Assembly (NCBI GenBank): GCA_951406725.2
Contig: OX597824.1
Span: forward strand, 83,452,001 to 83,516,000
Reading direction: 5' to 3'
DNA from: Octopus vulgaris
Taxonomy: Eukaryota
DNA length: 64,000 nucleotides
Shown here: one piece after another, positions 39,401 through 51,882 of the stretch
How the letters are laid out: every line of letters starts with the position of its first letter
Numbering within the stretch: the first letter of the stretch is position 1
The notes under the pieces: generated by a model
What the model was told of the DNA's origin: nothing
Databases searched by the model: none
Seen by the model: the letters and a program-made list of their open reading frames with translations, nothing else
Translations under genes and position numbers: made by a program

Positions 39401-40579
39401 TTAGTTAAGAATCTTACTACCCGAGCACATAGGTATGTGTTCAGTCCCACTGCATGGCACCTTGGGCAAGTGTTATCTGGTTTGGCCCCCAGGCTGATCA
39501 AAGCCTTGAGTGGATTTGGTTGAGGGAAACTGAAAGAAGCTCTTTGCATATCTGTGTGTGTGTTTATAACCTTGTGAAGACATCACATGATGGTTGTGAA
39601 TGAGCATTCCTGGACCAGGCGACGTGCTGTGTTCTTGAGCAAAACACTTCATTTCACATTGCTCAGTCCACTCAGCTGGCAAAAATGAGTAACGCTGCGA
39701 TGGACTGGCATCCCATCCAGCTGGGGAACACACATGCCATAGAAACCGGGAAACCGGGCCCATGAGTCTGGCTAGGCTTTAAAAGGGCGCATTTATTTTT
39801 TATACATACACACACACACACACCAGCTATGGTACTCAATGGTTTATTAAACATACACATGTTTCAACTAATTTCTGTCATGATTACATAATCATTGTTG
39901 AAATCTGTATATATAAAACTCAACTTGTGTGTCTGTGTGTTTGTGTCTGTGTGTTTAACTTCCCAGCACATCTCCTCCTAGCCAACAAATCGTAGAACAA
40001 CCAAAAATGGGTCACTTAAAGTTTAGGCAAATGAAAATTGAACTGCGCTATTTCTGTTCCGAAATTCATCTCGCAAGTGCAAAAATCGATAATGTGTTTG
40101 TTTAGGCCTTATCCCATACATTGAATAGTGAACTTTACTCAGCTGTTCGACGTGAACTGTGTTCACCACAAGCATGCATAAATTGCATGAAAAATAAAAA
40201 ATCAAGATATAAAAACGAATCGCCATAAATTTCTACCTTTCAAAAATTCCAATTCTAAAGGGTCTAAACAAACTGCAACGCCGGGCGATACTGCTAGTAT
40301 TATATAATCTTGCTAATAACCTCTTCAGTGTCCAACAGGAAACACAATGACAGGTGTTAAATGCTCAGTATATATTTCCATTATGCAAATTATCAACAGC
40401 AGCACAATTTTGCAGGAAATAAAAAACCAGACTAGAGGTTTGAGGCCATACCTCTCATATCCAAATAGGTACGACCAATAGACATACACATATGTGCATA
40501 AACACACTAGATAACATAGTCTGAGTTACACATTACCTGGAAGGAAGGTCAATAACAACAACAATGTTCATTAACTCAC

Positions 40580-40732
40580 CTCTTTAGAATAATTCTCTTC
40601 TTCAGCTAACATGGCACACTGGATCATATGTTCCTTGATACTGACTGGTTCTCCAAAATATTCACTTTCTCCGTGTTTCTCAATCAGTCCAAAGACTTCA
40701 TTTAAGATATTCTCCGTCGTCGCTGTTGACAT
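40580..40732 (-). CDS. phnZ: PhnZ-like HD-domain diiron oxygenase (2-amino-1-hydroxyethylphosphonate dioxygenase-like), coding exon 1
   Basis: aaaaATG; MSTATTENILNEVFGLIEKHGESEYFGEPVSIKEHMIQCAMLAEEENYSKE with the YxGExV..EH..Q.A.LA motif; donor gag|gtgagt, phase 0. Confidence 0.9.
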
Positions 40733-42020
40733 TTTTGAGTTCTTCACTGAAGCATAACTAGATTTAACCACCAAAATATCATAAAACATTATTAAAAGTA
40801 AATCATATACAAAAAAAAAAATAAAATATAAGACAATAAAGTACCTTTTTATGCAAGAACAATAAACTGGTTGTGTTGAAGTTTTGAAGGAGAACCTATG
40901 TGGTTATTTGACTTGTTAGAAATACCAGTCAAATCTCCACTAAAGCACATCCTACTATCTTACAAAAAGGAAGGTATGTAATATATATACTCCTTTACTC
41001 TTTTATTTGTTTCAGTCATTTGACTGCGGCCATGCTGGAGCACCACCTTTAATCGAGCAAATCGACCCCGGGACTTATTCTTTGTAAGCCCAGTACTTAT
41101 TCTATCGTTCTCTTTTGCCGAACCGCTAAGTGACGGGGACGTAAACACACCAGCATCGGTTGTCAAGCAATGCTAGGGGGACAAATACAGACACACAAAC
41201 ACACATACGCATATATATATATGTACATATATATGACGGGCTTCTTTCAGTTTCCGTCTACCAAATCCACTCACAAGGCATTGGTCGGCCCGGGGCTATA
41301 GCAAAAGACACTTGCCCAAGATGCCACACAGTGGGACTGAACCCGGAACCATGTGGTTGGTTAGCAAGCTACTTACCACACAGCCACTATATATATATAT
41401 ATTTTTGATAATTTTCTCGCTGGATTATGTACTCGTTTCTCTATTTTTACCATCTGTGATTTTATTTTTGATCTTCTATATAAATGAAGATAATTCCTCC
41501 ATCTGGCTGCTTTTCTTTGTACAAAATGAGGAGCTACATTGCAGAACTATTATTTTAATGAGTTATATTTATTTATCACTCGATGAGATACATCTGCACC
41601 GCCGGATGCTCCTGAACCAGTTGTTGATTGTCCCACCCATGAGGGATCGATGCTGGATGTATTGAAACAACTGTCGAGATTAATAATAGAAATTCTCGTA
41701 TATTCCATCTTCTGTCTTTCATTTGCCATATATATACAGTGTCACCTTACTGGCACTTGTGCCGGTGAGCAGGTGACACGTAAAAAACCCCCCACAATTT
41801 TCCGTGACCGCTGCCAGTACTGCCTGACTGTCCCTCGTGCTGGTGGCATGTAAAAGCACCCATTACATTCTTGGAGTGGTTGGCGTTAGGAAGGGCATCC
41901 AGCTGTAGAAACTCTGCCAAACCAAGATTGGAGCCTGGTGCAGCTATCTGGTTCGCCAGTCCTCAGTCAAATCATCCAACCCATGCTAGCATGGAAAGCA
42001 GACATTAGACAACAATGATG

Positions 42021-42057
<37 letters not shown>

Positions 42058-42277
42058 ATATAGCAATAATAAATCTCTGAGCGAGGAATAAACAGTAGCT
42101 GCATGACATCGTGAAGTATATATGCCACTTAAATGTGGCTAACCCTTAAGGGTAGATGCTACTGTAGCTTGTAGCCCCAGGAAGACACCTCCTCCACTGG
42201 CTATTGACACACTTTCTGTGCCCTATCAGTATTTGCAAAGAGAAGCCATCCTTCCCATCTCCAGCCTGACGTGATAC

Positions 42278-42320
42278 ATACGGACCCGAGTTTCTGGGTA
42301 TTGACTCATCATCAGCGTGT
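42278..42320 (-). ncRNA. compact type I hammerhead ribozyme motif
   Basis: on the - strand: acacg CTGATGA tgagt caat accca GAAAC tcgg GTC cgtat; one mismatch each in stems I and II. Confidence 0.6.
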
Positions 42321-43198
42321 TGTCTGTAGTAGCATGAAATAAAGTGTCTTGCTCAAGGAGACAACATACTACCAAGAATTGAACCCACAGTCTTATGATC
42401 CTGAGCTGAACACTTTAACCACAAAGCTGTGTGCCTTCAGTTTGTGGGAATGTAAAAAAAATAGCTGTGGCTTAAGAAGGAAGTGATTGGGGGCACTACA
42501 TGAAAAGGGATGGGTTGGTGGGTAGAGAGCAACAGTATCATAAAACTGTAGATAATGAGAAATAGGGAGATAATGTGAAGTGTGGGGGAGAGAGAGATGT
42601 ACAATGGCAAAGATGGAGGTCAGAAGTAGGGTAGTATTTATTTTAAAGTTCTTAATTATTTAAACAACTCATTAAAAATTTTTTGTAACTTTTAACTCAT
42701 TTAAATAATTTAAGAACTTAAAAAAAAATACTATACCAGGTATTTTTTATCTTCTATCTTTCACTTGTTTCAGTCAGTAGACTGCAGCCATGCTGGAGCA
42801 CTACCTTGAATAATTTTTTGTCAAATGATCAAATCCCAGAGCTTCTTTTTTTTTATTTTTGGAGCCTAGTATTTATTTTATTGGTTTCTTTTGCCAAACT
42901 GCTAAGTTACATAAACACATTAACATCATCTGATACCAACCCATCTGAAACCGGCTCTTGCTCAGTAGTATAAATATCTTGTTTTCATAAGTTCTGAATA
43001 AAAATCTTCCACCAAACCTTAGTCACAATTTATGTTCCTAACACTAGCTTAATGATAACCAAGTTATTTTACTAAATTCTTTGTTACATTTAAAGTAATT
43101 GAAACAAACACAGAGCATCTGAAATACAGTAATGAAAGGGTTAAACAATGAGAATGAATAAGCATTGTATTTGACAAAGTAGTTTGAATGCTAAAGGG

Positions 43199-43427
43199 TT
43201 AACCCTTTCGTTACCAACCCGGTTGAAACCGGCTCTGGCTCAGTAGTATAAATGTCTTGCTTTCATAAGTTTTGAATTAATATCTTCCACTAAACCTTAG
43301 TCACAATTTATGTTCCTAACACTAGCTTAATAATAACCAAGTTATTTTACTAAATTCTTTGTTATATTTAAAATTAATTGAAAGAAACATGAACATCTCA
43401 ACAGAAATACAGTAACAAAAGGGTTAA
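43199..43427. mobile_element. piggyBac-type MITE (family A)
   Basis: TTAA|CCCTTTCGTTAC...GTAACAAAAGGG|TTAA; other copies at about 8103-8327, 28134-28362, 29596-29801, 42930-43143 and 45427-46205. Confidence 0.8.
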
Positions 43428-44010
43428 CATAATTTGTCAAGCAATGGTGGGGGACAAACACAGATACAAAGACACACACACACAGACACACACACACACA
43501 TACACACACATATATGACAGGCTCTTTTCAGTTTCCATTAACTAAATCCACTCACAAGGCTTTGGTTGACCAGCCACGCAATGAGATTGATCTCAGAACC
43601 ACGTGGTTTGGAAGCAAGCTTCTTATCATACCAGCTACGCCTGCAACAAATTTGAGAAGCAGGTCACATGAGGCATGGTTCATGATCAAGTGAGTTGCAC
43701 TACTTGAACAATTACACATATGTTATTTCCCTCATGAAATTTAGCATGTCAATCAGGAAATCACACACATTGCAGTTTTCCCACGACTGTACAATTCGGC
43801 GTCATCATCATAAATGTATTTTTAATGCAAACCAGAAAGCTACCCCTAAGGGCCACAAAAGTTGCATGTTGTTGAGAATCGTCTCTATACAGCAGAGTAG
43901 AACAAGATGGAAAAAAAAAAAAAAGCTATCATTAAGGGCCATAAAAGTTGCATGTTATCGAGCTAGAAGTAATTTTCTGTGATAAAACTAGTATATATGA
44001 ACAAGACCCA

Positions 44011-44396
44011 ATCTCTCTATATATAAAGCTGAAGTTGTCTGTGTATGGCAGGTTTGGTAGCCTTCAACTAACACTATTTCCTCTGAGACCCTGCGGCGCA
44101 AGTTGACCAAAATTGAGAGTATGATAGAAGAAGGCTTGCTCTTCCTTCCGCAGAAGAAAAAATTCAAATCGGACCATGTTAACACCAAAAATTATTTACA
44201 TCAAAAAGGTGCTTTTTTTTCTATGAAAATCCCTATTTTTTACGATTTTTTGACTGCTGTGTTGCCATTTTTTGGTATATTTCAACCAGAAAAATGTTCA
44301 CTTAAAGAGAATAACAATGCAAAATTTTTACTTTCCAAAAACTCCAATTCTAAAGGGTCAAAACAAACCTGAGCAATGCCGGCGATACTGCTAGTT
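44011..44396 (+). mobile_element. non-autonomous Helitron
   Basis: 5' a|TCtctctatatataaa, 3' GC-rich gccggcgatactgCTAG|t; related elements at about 39903-40298 (+) and 47404-47803 (-). Confidence 0.65.
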
Positions 44397-47300
44397 CTCT
44401 ATACAGCAGAGTAGAACAAGATGGAAAAAATAAAGAAAGCTATCACCAAGGGCCACAAAAGTTGCAGATAGTGTTAGGATCATAGGCTTCCTCAGCCTTT
44501 ATTTGTCACATAAACAATAATACAAATGCTAGTTTGAAGAGAGAGTTTTTCAAAAAAGACAACATTAAATTACTTACAGTAAATTTTTAAAGATTTCTGT
44601 ATTGAATAAGATCTAGAAACACCAATTATTCCAGAGCAATTGTTTATTTAAGTAATCAACTTTTTATATATATATGACCCAGTAGTTGAAGAGGGGGTGG
44701 TGTAGTGGCAGAGAAAGGGGGGAAGGTTTTATCATATCTTGGTTTTATCAAGGTACACACTAGTTATTAAGGACAAACAAAAAGATAATATTTGATAATT
44801 AAGTAGAAAAGAAAAAAATCATATAACAAAAAAAGGATAAAGTGATCCTTTGTACAGAAGTTATATAAACTGTCTATTTTGTTTTTTGATTATGGCCATG
44901 CTGGGGCAGTGCCTTGAAGAATATTTAGTTAAGTGAATCAACCCCTCTATGTATGTTTCTTTTTTTAAGTCTGGTACTTATTCTATTGGTCTCTTATGCT
45001 GAACCGCTAAGTTACGGAGACAGAAACACACCAACACTGGTTGACAAAAGGAGGTAGGAGACAAACAGACACAAACACACACACACACACATGAAGGGCT
45101 TCTTTCAGTTTCTGTCAACCAAATCCACTCACAAGGCTTTGGTTTAAGACATTGCCCAAGGTGTCACACACAGTGGGACTGAACCCGGAACCATGTGGTT
45201 GGGAAGCAAGCTTCTATCACACAGCCATTCCTGTGCCAACTAGTTGAACCCATAAGAATTCCATGGTTGATAACAATTAAAACACAGTAATTACCGTTTT
45301 CTGAAACTTCGTCTGTCTGTCTGTCTGTCTGTCTCTCACTCTCTCTCTCTCTTTCTCTCATTTGTTGTTAAAACTTATTGCATTCTCTTTCAGCCTCATT
45401 TCTCTTCTCCACTGTTGTTCCTATGCTTAACCCTTTAGTTACTGTATTTATTTTGAGATGCTCTGTGTTTCTTTCAATTTCTTTAAGTATTACAAAGAAT
45501 TTAATAAAATAACTTAGATAGCATTAAGCTAGTGTTAGGAACATAAATTGTGACTAAGGTTTGGTGGAAGATTTTAATTCAAAACTTATGAAAACAAAAC
45601 ATTTGTACTACAGAGCTAGATCCAGTTTCAGCCATTTGAGATGCTCTGTGTTTCTTTCAATTACCTTAAATATAACAAAGAATTTAATAAAATAACTTAG
45701 GTATCATTCGACTAGTGTTAGGAACATAAATTGTGACTAAGGTTTGGTGGAAGATTTTAATTCAAAACTTATGAAAACAAAACATTTGTACTACAGAGCT
45801 AGATCCAGTTTCAGCCATTTGAGATGCTCTGTGTTTCTTTCAATTACCTTAAATATAACAAAGAATTTAAGTAAAATAACTTAGGTATCATTCGACTAGT
45901 GTTAGGAACATAAATTGTGACTAAGGTTTGGTGGAAGATTTTAATTCAAAACTTATGAAAACAAAACATTTGTACTACAGAGCTAGATCCAGTTTCAGCC
46001 ATTTGAGATGCTCTGTGTTTCTTTCAATTACCTTAAATATAACAAAGAATTTAGTAAAATAACTTAGGTATCATTTGACTAGTGTTAGGAACATAAATTG
46101 TGACTAAGGTTTGGTGGAAGATTTTAATTCAAAACTTATGAAAACATGACATTTGTACTACAGAGCCAGAGGTGGTTTCAGCCGGGTTGGTAATGAAAAG
46201 GTTAAGCTAATGTTTCATCTCTCTGCTCTTGCCTTCCCAGCACTTTGTACCTTCTTCTTGTCTTTTTTGTCACTTCATGTCATCCATATTTTTACAAAAT
46301 CAAAAACTATAAAAAGGTTCAGTGTTTGTTATTTAACAGATAGCAATGCACCAAGTGCAAAGTGCAAGTTACACTGAGTGAAGTAGCACTGAAGTACACT
46401 GAAAAAGAAGTAATTTCTACTCTTCTCCTCTGGAAGCCATCTACTCGCAATACCAGAGGGCACACACTCTCCTACCCTGATGTAATCTCCAGGGATACAG
46501 GCATCCAGCAACAGGACCTCCGTAATGCTATGATGGACCATGAAGTCTAGCGTAACATAGTAAGTTCCATTGTCTCGACCACGGTCGAACAATGATGATG
46601 AATGAAGTAGCAGGCAAAAGAAGAGAGAGATAGAAAGAGAGAAAGAGAGAGGAGTGTTTCGGAGAAATAAGGAATGCTATACAGACATAAATAGATGCAT
46701 ACACACACATGCATGATATATTAAGAACTGTGTTTGTTGTTAAAGTGGTGGTGGTGGGTTATAGGTGGGGATGTTGGTTGATGGAGGTGGCAGTGGAAGC
46801 TGTGGTAGTAGTAAGTCACTAAGGGTCACGTGATGATTGATAGAGAATTAAAAACTTCTGTAACAAGAAATAAACTACATTCTTTATTCACACACAACTC
46901 TACACACATCCATGACCTACATACTCATGCATACACAACACACATTAAAACACACAAATATACACACACAAGCATCGCCTTACTGGCACCTGTGTCGGTG
47001 GCATGTGTAAAAAGATTCGAACAAGGTTGTTGCCAGTGCCGCCTGACTGGCCCCGTGCTGGTGGCACGTAAAAAGCACCCACTACACTCTCGGAGTGGTT
47101 GGCGTTAGGAAGGGCATCCAGCTGTAGAAACTCTGCCAGATCAAGATTGGAGCCTGGTGCAGCCATCTGGTTCGCCAGCCCTCAGTCATACGTCCAACCC
47201 ATGCTAGCATGGAAAGCAGACGTTAAACGATGATGATGATGATGATACACACATGTATATGTTAAATAAAATGAGACAACAAAACCAATGCTGTGTGGAA

Positions 47301-50300
47301 TTTATAGGACATTTATAGAAAGAATGTCCTATAATGGCTTTGTCTCATTTTATTTAACATAAATTCCACACAGCCTTGGCTTCATTATCTCATTTTATTT
47401 AACACTAGCAGTATCGCCCGGCGTTGCTCAGGTTTGTAAGGGAAATAACTATATAAGCATTTTTAGAGAGTTATAGCCAAAAAGTAGCAAAAAAATGCAT
47501 TAAAAATGGGAAAAAAATGATGGTAAATTTTTTTTAAAAATCGTTGACTCATCGTAGACATTTTTAGAGTTACTTCCCTTATATAATAGCGAAAAAAATG
47601 CATTAAAATGGAAAAAAATGATGGTAAATTTTTTTTTAAATCATAGACTCATCGTAGACGCACGCTAGTATTCAGAAGGGCTTGATATGACTCACGACTA
47701 TAAGATACTCGGTTTTGGTTAAACTGCACCGCAAAATGTGGGAGTAGTTAGGAATCTAAATCGTAGAAGACAGACACACAACCTCTCTTTTATATATAAA
47801 GATATACATGCTCACACAAGACCTGCATTAGACTCCTCACTTGTATTATTATCAAACCAAGAATCTAACTAGGGTCCTCCAGAAGCACTTACATAGCTTT
47901 ACCTGCCATCTTGGGTCTTCTGGATACCAATGCCTCCCGATTTTCTGAGCCCCTTGCCCTACCCCTCCTGTATTTATAGCCCTTTAGAACAGCTTTCATT
48001 TCTCCTTCACGTTACCCATTTTTGTCTTATCTTGCAGCCCTAAGGCTTTTTTGCTGCATATATATTACTAGCAGCTAAGCCCAGTTTCACCCGGTCTGTT
48101 TGGATGATGTGGGTGTGATCGTTTTCAGTTAGACATAATCTATAACAGCGTTTCTCAACCTTATCATTTCGAGTCCCCTGTTTCGATTGGAGCCTCCAGC
48201 TCCAGCTGTATACTCTCTTTTACTCTTTTACTTGTTTCAGTCATTTGACTGCAGCCATGCTGGAGCACCGCCTTTAGTAGATCAAATTGACCCCGGGACT
48301 TATTCTTTGTAAGCCCAGTGCTTATTCTATCGGTCTTTTTTGCCGTACCGCTAAGTGACGGTGACGTAAACACGCCAGCATCGGTTGTCAAGCAATGCTA
48401 GGGGGACAAACACTGACACACAAACACACACACGCATATATATATATATACATATATACGACGGGCTTCTTTTCAGTTTCCATCTACCAAATCCACTCAC
48501 AAGGCTTTGGTCGGCCTGAGGCTATAGTAGAAGACACTTGCGCAAGGTGACACGCAGTGGGACTGAACCCAGAACCATGTGGTTGGTAAACAAGCTACTT
48601 ACCACACAGCCACTCCTGCGCCTATGAAAATTTCTTTTAAAAAAGTTTTAATCGATTTTCTCGGTAAGTATGGGGGTTAGGAAAAAAATACAAACTGCAT
48701 TCCAATCTATGCACCCGTCTCCACATGTGTGCCCTTTTTCACGTGAATCCACCCAGCCGTTTGGCTGTGAACCTCAAGACAAAAAAGAATACAACGCTCG
48801 CCCATGTCCAATTTATATTATAAATTATCATTTTAATTGTTTTCCCATGCCCTAAGCCCTTATTCTCTTTATTGTTTTGTCCACCATCCATTTACTAACA
48901 ATCTTGTCTTGAACCTGTCTCATCTTGGTATGTTTTGGTTCCATTCCCTGCAAGTTTCTTGCTGGTCATGCTGGGGCCCTGCCTTGAAGAGTTTTGTTGA
49001 ACAAATTTTCTGCTGTTTATTTTTAAAGCCTGGTACTAATTCGGTCTCTTTTGCTGAACTGTTAAGTTATAGGGGACATAAACCAGTACCTGTTGTCAAG
49101 TAGAAGTGACACACACACACACACACATGACAGGCATCTTTTAGTTTCTATCAACCAAATCCATTAACAAGGCTGTGGTTGGCCTGGGGCCATAACTGAA
49201 GACACTTTCCTAAGGTGCCATGCAGTGGGACTGAACCCAAAGCTGTGAAGTTATGAAGCAAGCTTCTTACCATATGCTATTTATCTGGAAGCATCCTGCA
49301 TAAGATACAGCCTGTACATAGCAAAGCCTTATGTGGAGGCATATGGCTTAGTGGTTAGAATGTTAGACTCATGACGGTAAGATTGTGGTTTCGATTCCTG
49401 GACTGGGTGACGCATTGTGTTCTTGAGCAAAACACTTCATATCACATTGCTCCAGTCCACTCAGCTGGCAAAAATGAGTAATCATGCAATGGACCAGTGT
49501 CTTGTCCAGGTGAGGATTATATATGCCATGGAAACTGGGAAATTGGCCCTTATGAATCAAGAAGGTAACTTTATCATTTTGTGGAGGCACATGGTTTAGT
49601 TAAGTCAAATTAGCAAATACAATCATTCATCAACAGATGCTTGTGTAGTATACTTAGAATTAGATGGCCCGAACAAATAAGCAATATGGAGCTATGGCAA
49701 AGAACAAATCAAGTTTTGATTAGGGAGCAAATATTTAAGAAAAAAGTGGAAGTGGATTGGTAGCACAATTAGGAAAGTCACACCAAATGTAGCGAAAAGT
49801 GCTTTACAGTGGAAACTAGATGGATATTGAAGGAGAAGTAGGCCTAAGAACGCGTGGCAGAGATCAACACAAAAGGAACTAGAGAAAGGGGGACATTCAT
49901 GGCAGAGTATAAGTAGAGAAGTGAAAAATTATGTGACATAGAATTCAACTATAAGTGGCCTATACTCCGTGTTGGAGGGTTAAAGGCATAAAGAAAGAAA
50001 GACATGGTTTAGTGGTTAGGGTGTTAGACTCATGATTATAAAATTGTGGTTTCAATTCCTGGACTGGGTGATGTGTTGTGTTCTTGAGCAAAACACTTCA
50101 TTTCACATTGCTCCAGTCCACTCAGCTGGCAAAAATGAGTAATCCTGTAACAAACCGGTGTCCCATCCAGGTGGGAAATATATACACCACTGAAACCGGG
50201 AAACTGGCCCCTTATGATTCAGTATGACTCCAGATGGTAACTTTACCTCTTTTTTATTATAGCAAAGCTTATCTATTTGATTGCACATTGGTATGTGAAC

Positions 50301-50535
50301 CCTTTATAAGTTTTTTATACCTTGCATTATTTTCCATAATTTAAAAAAAAAAATCAAACCTAGTGCCCCATTTATTACTGGTAATGATTTTTTTACTTTC
50401 ATGCCCCACATACTGTTACTTTCCATTCCAAAAGCCTAGTACTTTGGTAGATTCTCGACCACTTGCTATTGTTGTTGCTGTTGTTGTTGTTGTTGTACAA
50501 AAGCTGATTAGTTCCCAGGTTAATTAACACACTCC

Positions 50536-50620
50536 ACTTCCTGACCTTGAGCTCAAACTATCAGCACACCAATCAGAGCCACCTATAAAAGCAGGTGCCT
50601 CATTGTTCAGAATATCAAAA
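50536..50620 (+). promoter_or_regulatory. putative promoter/enhancer motif cluster
   Basis: ACTTCCTG (ETS) 50536-43, TGACCTTGA (ERR/NR5A) 50542-50, CCAATCAG 50569-76, TATAAAAG 50584-91 and CAGGTG 50592-97, all in unique sequence. Confidence 0.45.
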
Positions 50621-51379
50621 TATTTCAGGTTGAAACTAATTTGTCACAACCTATCACATAACTTCCTAATTATAATGAATTATTTCATTACTGTTGTGGT
50701 GGTGGTGGTGGTGGTGGTGGTGGTGGCGGCAGTGATGCTGATGGGGAGGAGAGGACTAATCTGGGAGTTGACCAAGTCAGTATACAAGATTTGTGATGGC
50801 AACACACATGCACATACATATAAACCTGTGTACACACACACACACGCACACACTTATATAAATACACACACATATGCACACACACACACATACGTACATA
50901 GTGATGGCATACATATGAATGAGCAATTGTGTTTATACGTCAACATATAGACAAAGGCCCAAGCACTCATACTCACACACGCACTCATACACACACACAC
51001 ACGCACATATGGACCCAAGCAATCACACACAGACACATATACACACATAAGTGCACACATATTCACCAAGGTACGCTCTGACGTATGGAGAAGGATAGAA
51101 AAATTGAGTGAATTATGTGTGTGTGTGTGTATGGAGCAGAGAGAGAGAGAGGTAAGAGGGGTGAAGGGATAGGATTACTGTAGATTATATAACGAAGCTG
51201 GCAAAGTAAGATTAATGGATTAATGAGCAATTAAGAACGATGACTTTTAATGACTGCTACTACGAACAGTTCAACATTTGATAAACTTCCCAGTTTTCTC
51301 TCTTTTTTTAATCTCTATCATCTTTGTTTCTGCTTGTTTATTAGGACATAACAGAATACAACAGATATAGATATAGAAA

Positions 51380-51427
<48 letters not shown>

Positions 51428-51882
51428 TCAGTATGTTACCAGTTTTTGTAGGTGCTACTACAATACCTTTTACAATTTTCAAATTAATTTTTATATACAA
51501 TTCTATATTGCTGAAAGGAAGAATTTATATTATATATACATTTTATAGTGTGGAGGCACATCACCTAGTGGTTGGAGCAGTGGATTTATGGTCGAGGGAT
51601 CTTGGGTTTGAATCTCAGACTGGGTGATGCGGTGTATAGGCCACTTATAGTTGAATTCAGTATGTTGACCTCGTGAAGACCACTTGCATTTTTTTTCCCT
51701 CTGTCCTCCCACCTCAGGATCTTTCTTTCTCCTATGTTTCCGACGAAGAGCTCTGCTCGAAACGTCATACCCACCTTCTTCCCTTTTTTCCTGAGCGCCC
51801 AATAATACTTTATTTGTTCCACATCCTCGCGTTGTTGTCTTTTTGTTTTCTTGTTTGGATTAACTTTATATATATATATATA

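Noticed and set aside
28816-40732. Bacterial contamination as the source of the phnZ-like sequence
   Set aside because: Canonical GT-AG introns packed with host SINEs and LINEs
45455-46190. Regularly spaced repeats suggestive of a CRISPR array
   Set aside because: Whole units repeat with no unique spacers; MITE-derived; eukaryotic DNA
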